Source: Eledone cirrhosa
Lineage: Eukaryota
DNA: 64,000 bases
Reading direction: 5' to 3'
NCBI GenBank assembly: GCA_964016885.1
Contig: OZ024747.1
Span: forward strand, 42,656,001-42,720,000
The notes beneath the pieces are model-generated. The model was not told the origin of the DNA. It saw nothing but the letters and a program-made list of their open reading frames with translations, and ran no database searches. Below, piece after piece: positions 27,555-39,290 of the stretch. Made by a program: the position numbers and the translations under genes. Positions within the stretch are counted from its first letter, which is position 1. Every line of letters begins with the position of its first letter.

Positions 27555-27675
27555 AGGTATTGACATATGTTTCTGTAACAGACCGAATACCTATGTATCG
27601 CTGCTTGCGTAATCATATAATGTTAGCAAGTATTCGATAGCAAATGTATAATCAGTTGTCACTTCTTCAGAGATT
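27555..27675 (-). ncRNA. Hammerhead-like ribozyme with ~95-nt stem II in the PLE 3' pseudo-LTR; stem I weak
   Basis: Minus strand: CTGAAGA-A-GTGACA-ACTGA...TCGGT-C-TGTTAC-A-GAAA-CATATG-TC. Confidence 0.6.
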
Positions 27676-28143
27676 TTGGATAAACTGGATAAAATCAGAA
27701 AAATTGAAGTATTTATATTAGTAAAAGAGGAAGGAACAGAGGGGATAGAATATGACAGATGGTAAAATAATTTACTGCTAAACAAGTATATAATGGGTTT
27801 TTAATGAGAATACCATGAGTAAATCTAAATAAGAATTTTGGGAGTGCCGATTTTAATCTCTACTTGACCAACTGGACAGTGGACAGGGCTGGTCATTTGG
27901 TGCAGTAGTATTAATCATAAAGTGTCAATTGGGGAAGGGGGAGATTTCGATTGCTACTAAATAACATCAATGCTAGTAGTCAGCTGGTATTTGCACTAGG
28001 GAATTGAATCAAGAAATCAGAAATCTCATTTTATCTATAGCAGTTTGTATTAAAAGGTAAATAATAGAAGAGTTGATAGAATTAAGACTAATAAAGAATG
28101 TTCATATCTATTTTGACAATCAAACGGGGATAGAGACAGGCGT

Positions 28144-30123
28144 TCAATCCTGGTAGTATTTATAATATGAAAATGTAGATTTTAAGCGATGGTTACAGTA
28201 TAACGATCGCTCTATTCTGTTATTTAATAAAATGTTTTTGGATTTCATAATACAAAATAATTCTACATTACTTAATTTACAAAATTCCTGTCCATTGGAT
28301 TATGGGGGGGCAGTCGCTATTATATCCCATTTTAGGTGAAATTGTTGGTTATTTTCACGCAGCTGCCAAGCCTTGTCTGCGAGTGTTGTTACATAACGCT
28401 GGTTTTCATGTTTTATCGAATAACGATGTCTATAAAGGCGTGATTTAAAGGAGGTGGCTGTAGATCCCACATAGTACCACTTCTGTCTATCCGATTCGAT
28501 AGTACATTTGTATACGATGTTGCGTTCAAGACACTGATTGTTCAACGGACACATTCCTGGTTGGACACAGTTGCAATTACAATTTTGCGTTGTTGTATTG
28601 CCATGGATGGGTTGATGAGGTTGCTTATGTAGGACAGGATGTTGTTTGTTGTTTTGTGATGTTATAGCTAATGTTTTACGTGTATTGTTATGTGTTGGAA
28701 GGCGTTTATACAACCGTTTTGCGTTAAGCATTTTTATATGTTGTTCAATATTAGGGGCGGTTGAATATGAAAGTCGGATGGTGTTAGGGTTTAAGATTTT
28801 ATTATATTTATGTGATGTTGGAAAGTGTTTTCTAACTAATCGAAAGAATTTTGAGGGTAGATTGGTTTTAATAGATTTGTTATAGACCGGGTTGTACCAG
28901 ATATACTCCTTACATCGCCTTCTGTTTGGTGGTGTGCGACTATTATTGTGTCTATTGCGGTAGTGTATGTATGGTGGTGATTCTGTGCTATTTCTACTCC
29001 TATGTGATTTATTTTGGGTGTTTTGGTGATCATTGACTATATACTCTATATTATTTAGGTGACCAGCTTTCCTAAGTGCATCATCATAATACTCGGCATG
29101 TTCTTTGAAGGTTTGTTGGTTGGACGATAGGCGGGAGATTCTAAGAGAAACATTTCTAGGGATGGATTTAATTATAGAGAGTGGATGGTTAGAACTCGTA
29201 TTTACATATTTAAGGTTCTCATTTAGTTTATGGAACGGTTTAATCGTATCTGTATTGAGATTGAAAGTAACATCAAGGAAATTGACCTCTTTGAGGTTAT
29301 ATTCAAATGTAATATTTAATCCTAGTTCTTTAAAAAGTTTTCTGATATTTTTACGCATCCTTTCTAAATTTTGGTTATTCATATTCTTAACTAATAGGAG
29401 CGCATCGTCACGGTAAATTCCACCGTGGAGATCCTTGAATTTTCCTTGTAATCTGTGGGTGATATAAATTCCCACAAGATCTGTTACTTCCGCCGAATCA
29501 TTAGAACCCATAGTGATATCAAAATTAGAAGGTCTATCTTTGCGAACCCAGTAGCTATCATCGAATTTAACTATAGTTTTTCTCGCTTCCATAATAATTT
29601 TAATTTCAGCATCCGTAAGGTCGGAATTATCCTTAGCGAACGAAAGAGCTTCATGTAGAGTATCAGGTGAAATTGAGGAATAATATTCATCAATATCAAA
29701 CTGAATAAATTTTGATTTTTTCTTATCAGTAATGTTGTTAAACCATCTTATTGCTTCATGAGTGTTACCCCATAGTTTAATCTCTACTTTAACCTTAACT
29801 TGGGGGATAATTCTGTCTAGTATATATTTGCTAATTTTACCTATATCAGATTTAGAGGGGCATATAAGTCTAATATTAGGGTTAGTATCGAAGTTTACCT
29901 TGTGGTCCTTCAGGTTGAAGGATGGTATAGCTGGTGTTAAGGGTTGCGTTCTATCGTCAATACAAAGTTTTTTAACAATATCACATGCCGAGTTGTTGAT
30001 GTTTTTAAGTGTGGCTTCATTAGTTTTCCTGTATTTTTTATGCAATTCCTTACGGATGAAGTTATTGTAAGTGTCCACATCCATGGTATATACGTTTGAT
30101 GTTTTGTCTGCTCTAACAATAAC
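28144..30123 (-). pseudogene. PLE reverse transcriptase + GIY-YIG endonuclease, 5'-truncated, one in-frame TAA at 28300-28302
   Basis: VRADKT, KDHK, RLICP, FIQFDIDEYYSSI, ITMGS, GIYRDD, NFLDVTF, CNCx5CPL, IVY..YVGST..FKSR; frame continues past the stop (FCKL..E..LLN..CNHR) to TGA at 28144. Confidence 0.92.
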
Positions 30124-30549
30124 TCATTTTGTCTGCTCTAACAATAACTCATTTTGTCTGCTCTAACAATAACTGATTATACATTTGCTATCGAATACTT
30201 GCTAACATTATATGATTACGCAAGCAGCGATACATAGGTATTCGGTCTGTTACAGAAACATATGTCAATACCTAATAAATTCCTTTTTTAACAAAAGCAC
30301 TTTCATTTTATATTCATCCTTTCTATATATATATATATATATATATCACACCTATATGTATGTCTGTATGTGTATGTAAATATTTGGGTAATTTATGAAG
30401 CATTGGGGAAACCTGAAAATATGTTAGGCACCATGCTGATAAGTATAAGTAATGATTGCTAACTATAAATAATAGTTGAATAAGTTGGATAAAATACCCT
30501 TGTAGATGGAAAAGAGTGGAAAGAGATGCCTGTGGGGATAACAATAATA

Positions 30550-30962
30550 ATTGTTTCTACTTCTGGCACAAGGCCAGCAATTATCCCAGTGTATTACTGG
30601 TAGTTTATTTTATCGACCCCGTAAGGATGAAAGGCAAAGTTAACCTCAGTGGGATTTGAACTCAGAATGACAAGGGCCGTAACTCTATACTTTCCCCACA
30701 AAAGACCGCCCTGCTTGGCATTGCTCATGTACTCAGATTGTTGTTGAGACTTGAATGAAAATAGAAGATTGAGTAACCACCAAATTTACTGTGGAAAATA
30801 ATTATTTCTACTTTTGGCACAAGGCCAGCAATTACCTAGTACATTACTGGTACTTTATTTTATCGATCCCCGTAAAGATGAAAGGCAAAGTTAACCTTGG
30901 CGGAATTTGAACCCAGATCCTAAAGGGACGTAACTATGCCAACCCTCTACCGATACTGTCAA
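30550..30962 (-). mobile_element. Two tandem tRNA-derived SINE copies (30550-30690, 30800-30962)
   Basis: Same family core as 12375 and 18809. Confidence 0.85.
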
Positions 30963-31132
30963 TGTAAAATAATACTCTATTATCTGAAGAGTTACATTTC
31001 ATTTTCGCAGTTAATTTATATTAGCTATTGAAAAACTATCTGAAAACTCATTACTGGAAATATCAATGAAACAGAAAAAAAAAATGAATCTTTTAAGATA
31101 ATGAAAGAAATATTTGGAAGAAGAAATATAAT

Positions 31133-31395
31133 TCATCATCATCATCATCGTTTTTCCCACTTGCATGGATTGGTCCTTTTTCCATACAGCATTTCTCTAC
31201 TCGTCATGTTCTTCATCACCTCCTTTGTGATTCTCAGCGATGTGAGATCAGCTCTCACCACTTCTGCCCAGGTCTTCTTTGGACTACCTCTACAGCAGTT
31301 GCCTTCCACAGGGATTTCCTGGCACTTCTTTACTCAGTGATCAGCATCCATACACATCACATCTGTACCAACACAGTCTTCTCTCTTACACACCA
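31133..31395 (-). mobile_element. RTE LINE 3' fragment, degenerate
   Basis: (CAT)n tail; minus strand encodes ..RL.WY..VKKCQEIPVEGNCCRGSPKKTWAEVVRADL. Confidence 0.85.
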
Positions 31396-31609
31396 ATTTG
31401 GCTTCCTCTTCTCATATTGAATGAATATTGTTATTGTTATAGCACAGGTAGCCTTGATCAAACTAACCTATGATCAGTGATGCTAAAGTGGTATAATTAA
31501 TTAGATCAATCTGGTATTTCATGTATGATAGTAAAAAGGATGAAACAAAGTAAGTACCAGTGGGATTAGAACTGAGAATGTCAAGAAGTGTAACTAAATA
31601 TTAATTTCA

Positions 31610-31785
31610 AATTTGGGGGAAGGGCAAAGTTCATTAAATCACTTGATTAGTACTTTATTTTATTGGCCCCAGAGGGATGAAAGGCAATGTCAACCTCAGC
31701 AGCATTTGAACTCAGAATGTAAAGAGCCAGAACAAATACTTCAACAGAATTTTATTTGACACTCTACTGGTTCTGCCAATCCACC
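31610..31785 (-). mobile_element. tRNA-derived SINE, older copy
   Basis: 'tactttattttattggcccc..gatgaaaggcaa..tttgaactcagaatgtaaag..ctgccaatccacc'. Confidence 0.75.
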
Positions 31786-32087
31786 ACCCTCAATATAACT
31801 AAATATTGCAAAATATTTTTTTTTTTATGTTTTACATCTGTTGCTTTTCACTGCCATTTGATATCGAACAAATATTGGAAAATTAGGAGTTACAAAGTGT
31901 ATCTTATTGAGACCCAAGCCCTGAATCTTTGGATACATGAAAAGATGTATCCTAGAGCTGTCTAATCTTTGGAGCAATAGACAAATTATTATTAAATAGA
32001 TGTAAAAACAATGACGATAATCACTGACAAGAAATATTAATACTATTTATATTAAATAACACTTATTGTTTAGAAAACGGTGCGTGA

Positions 32088-32284
32088 ATTTGAAAATTGA
32101 ATTAGAAAGTTTCACCGTAACTTTGACTAAATGAAATAGTCTAATAATATCGGGGTCTATAAGCCCACTGAATGGAAAAAGATAGGCATATTTTTTTCCA
32201 TTCAATGAGCTTATACACGCCATTACTATTGGAATGTTTTATTTAGTCAAAGTTACGGTGAAATCTTCTAATTCAATTTTCAAA
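32088..32284. mobile_element. Foldback/MITE-like ~200-bp imperfect palindrome
   Basis: tttgaaaattgaattagaa..tttcaccgtaactttgactaaat / atttagtcaaagttacggtgaaa..ttctaattcaattttcaaa; inner tgaatggaaaaa/tttttccattca. Confidence 0.8.
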
Positions 32285-32962
32285 CACTGTTATTATTTTT
32301 TTTACAAAACAATTTAACAGTTATCAATTAGAAATTGCAGAATAAAAAGAAAGTAAATTTTATTTAAAGTAAGATATTAAAATGCAATTGGATGGATCTA
32401 AGAGTTCTATAAAATAATAATGTTTGCATACTATGTTCACATATTTTTAAATGGCTCTTTTATTTTTACCTTCAACAAGACTATCATCAACACTACAACA
32501 CTTTACTCTTCCTTCTCCTCCTCCACCACCACTTCATTGCTTTTCCTTATATAAAATATTTCTGAAGAAAATATTGATTTTAAGTAGAAATGACAAGCCT
32601 GAATGAGCGGACAATAAAGATGCAGTATTTCTGTTTTTAAGCAACAGAAAGCAGGCAATTAACAATTCCAATTTGTTTTTATTTGGCTACTTCTGTTTGT
32701 TTTCGTTCTTTCTTTTATGTCAAACATATTTTTTCTATTCATTTTAATTTGTTTTTTGGGTTTTTTTTTTTTCAAAAGTACAAGTATTGATTTCATATTG
32801 GGAGAAAAACATTGTATAAGATTGTGGGTGCGTGCGTGTGTAATGAAGAACAACTAAGTGTTCCTAAAGTGCAAGCTGTATTAAGTTACTGGGACTGCAG
32901 CAGACAATATAGTAGTTAAATAATGTCACAGACGACAAGGATGTATGTATATATAAATATAT

Positions 32963-33001
<39 letters not shown>

Positions 33002-33041
33002 ATATTAACAAATGGAAACTATATTTATAAAACCATATTTT

Positions 33042-33103
33042 TTTCATTATACATATTTCAAGAGCCACCAAGGCAGATTATGGTGTGCTTTCATCAGATA
33101 AAA
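33042..33103 (-). ncRNA. Type I hammerhead ribozyme in a pLTR-like remnant (33001-33175)
   Basis: TTTTAT-CTGATGA-AAG..CACCA/TGGTG..CTT-GAAA-TATGTA-TA-ATGAAA; homologous to 52236-52382. Confidence 0.65.
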
Positions 33104-33249
33104 TATAATATAGATTAGTTTTATAAATAAATATTGACATACCCTGAAAAAATGCAACCTTCACGGTTGGAGTCTCATATATATACATATATATATACAT
33201 ATATATATATACATATATATATATACGTATATATATATATATACATACA

Positions 33250-33642
33250 TCATCATCATCATCATCGTTTAACGTCCATGTTCCACGCTTGAATGGGTTT
33301 GGGCAGGAGTTTTCCCACTTGAGGCAAGAGTGGTTGTCTTGCTCGCATAGGACTGTCTGGCGGGTTTTCTACGGCTGGATGCCCTTCCTAACACCAACCA
33401 CATTTACAGTGTGGGACTGGGAGGTTTTTACCGTGTTACCTACACGGCCACATTACAGCGTGGACTATGTGTTTTTTTTTGTCGAGACACCTACACGATC
33501 TCATTTGTTTCGGCCTGGATGTTGTGGCACCAACATAACTTTACATTGAAAGGGGCGGTGTGGATGGGGTGGGGGTTGTGAGACGGGGGTGTATTTTGTT
33601 TGAGATGCCTACTGACTGTAGTAGGTTTTACTTTGTATTTAG
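33250..33642 (-). mobile_element. RTE family A 3' UTR fragment
   Basis: Reverse complement of 34160-34550 and 44281-44675; (CAT)n tail. Confidence 0.92.
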
Positions 33643-33743
33643 GTATATATATACATATAAATAAAATATATATATAAATATATATATACATAAATATATA
33701 TACATATATATATATATACATAAATATATATATATACATAAAT

Positions 33744-34550
33744 CGATGCCTGCATTCGAACAGCAATGCTGCATGGCAGTGAGACCTGGGCATTGTGTGC
33801 AGAGGATATACGCAGACTAGAGAGGAACGAAGCTTGCATGCTCCGCTGGATGTGCAATAGTAATATACGTGAACGGCAAAGCATAAACGAACTAAGGAAA
33901 AAATTAGAAATAAGAGGGATCAGATGTTGTTTACTCGAGAGAAGGCTACGTTGGTACGGTCACGTGATGCGCATGAAAGACGACAGCTGTATAACAAATT
34001 GCAGGGCAATAAAGATAGACGGTAGCCACGGAGTAGGCAGACCCAGAAAAACATGGGACGAGCTGATAAATTCCGACCTCACACGCTTACACCTCTCCAA
34101 GACAATGTCACTGGACCGAGACCTTTGGCGGTACTCAGTAATAGAGAAGACCCGCCTTACCTAAATACAAAGTAAAAACCTACTACAGTCAGTAGGCATC
34201 TCTATCAAAACACACCCCCGTCCCACCACCTCCACCCCACCCACACCGCCCCTTTCAATGTAAAGTTATGTTGGTCCCACAACATCCAGGCCGAAACAAA
34301 TGAGATCGTGTAGGTGTCACGACAAAAAACACACAGTCCACGCTGTAAATGTGGCCGTGTAGGCAACATGGTAAAAACCTCCCAGCCCCACACTGTAAAT
34401 GTGGTTGGTGTTAGGAAGGGCATCCAGCTGTAGAAAACCCGCCAGACAGTCCTATGCGAGCAAGACAACCACTCTTGCCTCAAGTGGGAAAACCCCCGTC
34501 CAAACCCATGCAAGCGTGGAACACGGACGCTAAACCTGATGATGATGATG
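33744..34550 (+). mobile_element. RTE family A 3' fragment (ORF2 C-terminus + UTR + (GAT)n)
   Basis: MLHGSETW...RRLRWYGHV...EKTRLT nearly identical to 43888-44285. Confidence 0.95.
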
Positions 34551-34560
34551 ATATACATAA

Positions 34561-34611
<51 letters not shown>

Positions 34612-34622
34612 CATATATATAC

Positions 34623-34673
<51 letters not shown>

Positions 34674-34687
34674 CATATATATACATA

Positions 34688-34729
<42 letters not shown>

Positions 34730-34812
34730 AATACATATATATACATATATAAATACATATATATACATATATAGAGATTACATGAAACAAAGTTCTGTTT
34801 AAATCATTTATC

Positions 34813-34859
34813 TGCTTACAATTGTTTCTTCCAAACCGAGGTTTGGAGTCTTCGGAGCA
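34813..34859 (-). ncRNA. Variant minimal hammerhead (CCGAAGA core) in a solo PLE 3' end (34775-35185)
   Basis: TGCT-CCGAAGA-C-TCCAAAC-CTCG-GTTTGGA-A-GAAA-CAATTG-TA-AGCA. Confidence 0.75.
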
Positions 34860-35527
34860 ATTATTCAATGATTTTCAACATACTTGACCTCGTTTTCAAC
34901 ACAAGAGACATATAGAAATTGTTGACATCCATTATAATAATATAGCATGGTAATTTACATACAAAGATTACAGTCATATTAAAGGACAAAATTAAAATTA
35001 AAATATAAATAAAACATTGGAGGTCTACTAAGATAAAGCAAAAGGAAAGTTTGGAGTAGCCAGTGTATGCAACAGTGACACGTGTGGCATACACGCGTGT
35101 CCTATTTATACAAGATTATAGTGCGGCAGATTGTTACAAATAAAACAAGCAGTCAAAACAGGCAATCAAGAGCATCTTAATACTATATACATATATATAT
35201 AAATATATATACAGATACATATATATATATATACATACATAGACATATATATACATATATATATAAATATATACATATATACATATATATATAAATATAT
35301 ATATATATACATACATAGACATATATATACATATATATATAAATATATACATATATATATATAAATATATATTGTTATACTTTGGGAGGGTCATGTTGCC
35401 AATAAGAAACACACGCACCAGTTGCTTTCACTTCAATTTAATTTAATATATATTTATAAATTTACAAATTTATAAATTTCTGGTTGGTTGGTTGGTTCCA
35501 CAACCAGATAGTTGTTTATATATATAT

Positions 35528-35572
35528 AGTCATAGTTCTTTCGTCACACACTCTGTGACCTCTTCAGTGACT
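35528..35572 (-). ncRNA. Minimal hammerhead-like motif (inverted arm copy)
   Basis: Reverse complement of 36978-37022. Confidence 0.65.
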
Positions 35573-36309
35573 GGGGATTTCTTTCTTCGTTTCTGTGCCT
35601 TTCCTTTCGTCTATCCTACGCCATTTTGTTTGTGTGTGGGTTGCGTGCTCAGTTTGCGCATGCGCCACATCCGGGTGTCTGTGTGTGTTTGTGTTCATTT
35701 TTCTATTTTTCTATTTATATTTGTTTGTTTATTTATTTATTTATTGTTGGTTGGTTGTTTGTTCTATGTGTGTGTGTGTTTTCATTTTGTCTTGTGTGTG
35801 TTTTCATTTTGTGTGTGTTTTCAATTGTAAGTTGTTTGTTCTATGTGTGTGTGTGTTTTCATTTTGTCCTTAATTGTAAGTTGTGATGTTGCTGTTCCAC
35901 TCATATTTTCTATTTAATTTTGGTTTTAATTCTTTTATGCTTACTGCCTCTGTAATTTGCCTAAACATTGCGTCTTTCTTGTGTGTGGATTCTATTTTTA
36001 TTTCTATGCTCTCTAATTTACCCCTGTGTTCTATCTTAGCATGTTGGTAGAGCACAGATGATTCTTTACTATCTTGGAGGTCTCGCCAGTGTTCATTTAT
36101 TCGTTCCCCTATACTACGAGCTGTCTCACCTATGTACACTATATTTTTGTTTCTACATTGTCCTTCAGTACATCTTATGCTATATACTACATTTCTAGTT
36201 TTACAGTTAATATGGGGGCTTAGAAGAAATGTATAACCTGTAAAATAAGTTAATATGGGGGCTTAGAAGAAATGTATAACCTGTAAAATAAGTTAATATG
36301 GGGGCTTAG

Positions 36310-36684
36310 AAGAAATGTATAACCTGTAAAATAAGCCCCCATATTAACTGTAAAACTAGAAATGTAGTATATAGCATAAGATGTACTGAAGGACAATGTA
36401 GAAACAAAAATATAGTGTACATAGGTGAGACAGCTCGTAGTATAGGGGAACGAATAAATGAACACTGGCGAGACCTCCAAGATAGTAAAGAATCATCTGT
36501 GCTCTACCAACATGCTAAGATAGAACACAGGGGTAAATTAGAGAGCATAGAAATAAAAATAGAATCCACACACAAGAAAGACGCAATGTTTAGGCAAATT
36601 ACAGAGGCAGTAAGCATAAAAGAATTAAAACCAAAATTAAATAGAAAATATGAGTGGAACAGCAACATCACAACTTACAATTAA
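36310..36684 (+). pseudogene. PLE GIY-YIG endonuclease fragment with upstream CxxC linker
   Basis: KCITCKISPHINCKTRNVVYSIRC..VYIGETARSIGERINEH..H..EH..EA..I..LN. Confidence 0.9.
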
Positions 36685-36977
36685 GGACAAAATGAAAACA
36701 CACACACACATAGAACAAACAACTTACAATTGAAAACACACACAAAATGAAAACACACACAAGACAAAATGAAAACACACACACACATAGAACAAACAAC
36801 CAACCAACAATAAATAAATAAATAAATAAACAAACAAATATAAATAGAAAAATGAACACAAACACACACAGACACCCGGATGTGGCGCATGCGCAAACTG
36901 AGCACGCAACCCACACACAAACAAAATGGCGTAGGATAGAAGAAAGGAAAGGCACAGAAACGAAGAAAGAAATCCCC

Positions 36978-37022
36978 AGTCACTGAAGAGGTCACAGAGT
37001 GTGTGACGAAAGAACTATGACT
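36978..37022 (+). ncRNA. Minimal hammerhead-like motif in pLTR
   Basis: AGTCA-CTGAAGA-G-GTCACA..TGTGAC-GAAA-GAAC-TA-TGACT (one extra G before stem II). Confidence 0.65.
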
Positions 37023-37240
37023 ATATATATATAAACAACTATCTGGTTGTGGAACCAACCAACCAACCAGAAATTTATAAATTTGTAAATTTATAAATAT
37101 ATATTAAATTAAATTGAAGTGAAAGCAACTGGTGCGTGTGTTTCTTATTGGCAACATGACCCTCCCAAAGTATAACAATATCGGTTTCAACACACGATTT
37201 CAGATAAAGAATCTTGCTAAACAAATTCAGAAACGAAATA

Positions 37241-37356
37241 TAAATATATATATATATACATAATATATATACATACATAGACATATATATACATATATAT
37301 ATAAATATATACATATATATATATAAATATATACATATATATATATAAATATATAC

Positions 37357-37391
<35 letters not shown>

Positions 37392-37392
37392 A

Positions 37393-37423
<31 letters not shown>

Positions 37424-37428
37424 AATAT

Positions 37429-37463
<35 letters not shown>

Positions 37464-37672
37464 AATATATACATATATATATAAATATATACATATATAT
37501 ATAAATATATACATATATATATATAAATATATACATATATATATATAAATATATATATATATAAATATATACATATAAATATATACATATATATATATAA
37601 ATATATATATATATAAATATATACATATAAATATATATATATATATATAAATATATACATATATATATATAC

Positions 37673-37745
<73 letters not shown>

Positions 37746-37886
37746 AATATATACATATATATATAAATATATACATATATATATAAATATATACATATAT
37801 ATATAAATATATACATATATATATAAATATATACATATATATATAAATATATACATATATATATATATAAATGTATACATATATAT
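37241..37886. repeat. (TA)n microsatellite with periodic C/A interruptions
   Basis: Direct inspection. Confidence 0.95.
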
Positions 37887-38232
37887 CATCATCATCATCA
37901 TCATTTCATTTTACGTCTGCTTTTTCCCTGCTTGCAAGGGTGGGACGGGAACTGATTCTGGCTTGATTTCTACAGCTGGATGCCCTTCCTAACACCAACC
38001 TCATTTACAGTGAGTGCTGGGTGCTTTTTTGCCGTGGCACCTCCATGACCACTTTGCAGTGGAATGATAGGGACCCCAGTCCCTATCATCTCATTTCTAC
38101 AGCTGAGTAAACTGGAGCAATGTGAGATAAAGTGTCTTGCTCAAGGAAACAACACATCACCCGGTCTGAGAATTGAACTCACAACCTTTCGATTGCAAGG
38201 CCAATGCTCTAACCACTAAGCTATGTGCCTCC
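37887..38232 (-). mobile_element. Full-length tRNA-derived SINE with an RTE-derived 3' tail
   Basis: Minus strand: A box TAGCTTAGTGG, B box GTTCAATTC, core 'ccttgagcaagacacttt', tail matching RTE 3' UTR, (GAT)n. Confidence 0.88.
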
Positions 38233-38241
38233 ATAATACAT

Positions 38242-38276
<35 letters not shown>

Positions 38277-38293
38277 AATATATATATATATAA

Positions 38294-38330
<37 letters not shown>

Positions 38331-38359
38331 AATATATATATATATAAATATATATATAC

Positions 38360-38406
<47 letters not shown>

Positions 38407-38429
38407 CATATAAATATATATATATATAA

Positions 38430-38476
<47 letters not shown>

Positions 38477-38493
38477 CATAAATATATATATAC

Positions 38494-38562
<69 letters not shown>

Positions 38563-38631
38563 TATATATATAAATATATATATATATACATATGAAATAT
38601 AAGAATCAAAGAACTGTTCAAAACATTATTG

Positions 38632-38678
38632 TGCTTACAGCTGTTTCCTCCAAACCGAGGTTTGGATTCTTCGGAGCA
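38632..38678 (-). ncRNA. Variant minimal hammerhead (inverted pLTR copy)
   Basis: Reverse complement of 40734-40780. Confidence 0.75.
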
Positions 38679-38771
38679 ATTTATTAATGCATGGACAGTT
38701 ATATGACCTCCTTTTCAGCCGAGAGACATACCAATACATATTCAAACATTGGGGTTGTCAACCTGAACACC

Positions 38772-39290
38772 AGGGTTGTCAACCTGAACACCCAAAATCC
38801 TATATCCACCACACAGACTTCCGCATTGCATTATAACCAGCGGACTAACGCACAGAATAATTGTAACTGTAGAGCTAATAGAACCTGCCCCTTAGATAAA
38901 AAATGCCTAACCAAGGATGTCATATACTCATGCACAGTCACGACTAATAACTCTTCAGAAACCTATGTAGGCTCCACTTCTAACTGCTTCAAAATTAGAT
39001 ATAACTCGCACATCCACTCGTTCAAAAAGCACAGCCTAGCCAACTCCACCTCACTTTCTAGCTACATACACTATCTAAAATCTAAAAATAAACCATACAC
39101 ACTCAAATGGGAAGTGATAGGCAGCGCGACCTCGTACAAACCACCTAATAAATTCTGTAACCTCTGTATACTAGAGACACACAATATTATCTTCTCCAAC
39201 CGTAACCTACTTAACAAAAAATCTGAGGTGTTTGCAACTTGCCAACACCGCCTCAGACATTCCTTCCAAAACTTTAAGCCCTATATATAG
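38772..39290 (+). pseudogene. PLE GIY-YIG endonuclease (C-terminal fragment)
   Basis: CNCRANRTCPL..CL..DVIYSC..YVGST..FKIRY..H..CNLC.LE..LLNK..CQHR. Confidence 0.92.

Larger units (their letters stand above)
27390..30325 (-). mobile_element. Penelope-like element, 5'-truncated, with inverted partial pseudo-LTR
   Basis: 155-bp inverted repeats at 27503-27657 and 30171-30325; RT + GIY-YIG ORF; flanked by (TA)n. Confidence 0.92.
35369..37240 (+). mobile_element. Penelope-like element 3' end arranged as a 1.8-kb palindrome (arms 35369-36222 and 36332-37181)
   Basis: Mirror ORFs 35870-36139(-) and 36415-36684(+) are identical; hammerhead in each arm; unique 3' tail 37182-37240. Confidence 0.92.

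Noticed and set aside
28300-28302. Recoding or selenocysteine in the PLE ORF
   Set aside because: The stop is TAA at a position that is Tyr in the related element; an ordinary nonsense mutation
30695-30750. QKTALLGIAHVLR, similar to an R4-type C-terminus
   Set aside because: Too short to annotate with confidence
38160-38232. tRNA gene
   Set aside because: A and B boxes belong to a SINE head; no full cloverleaf
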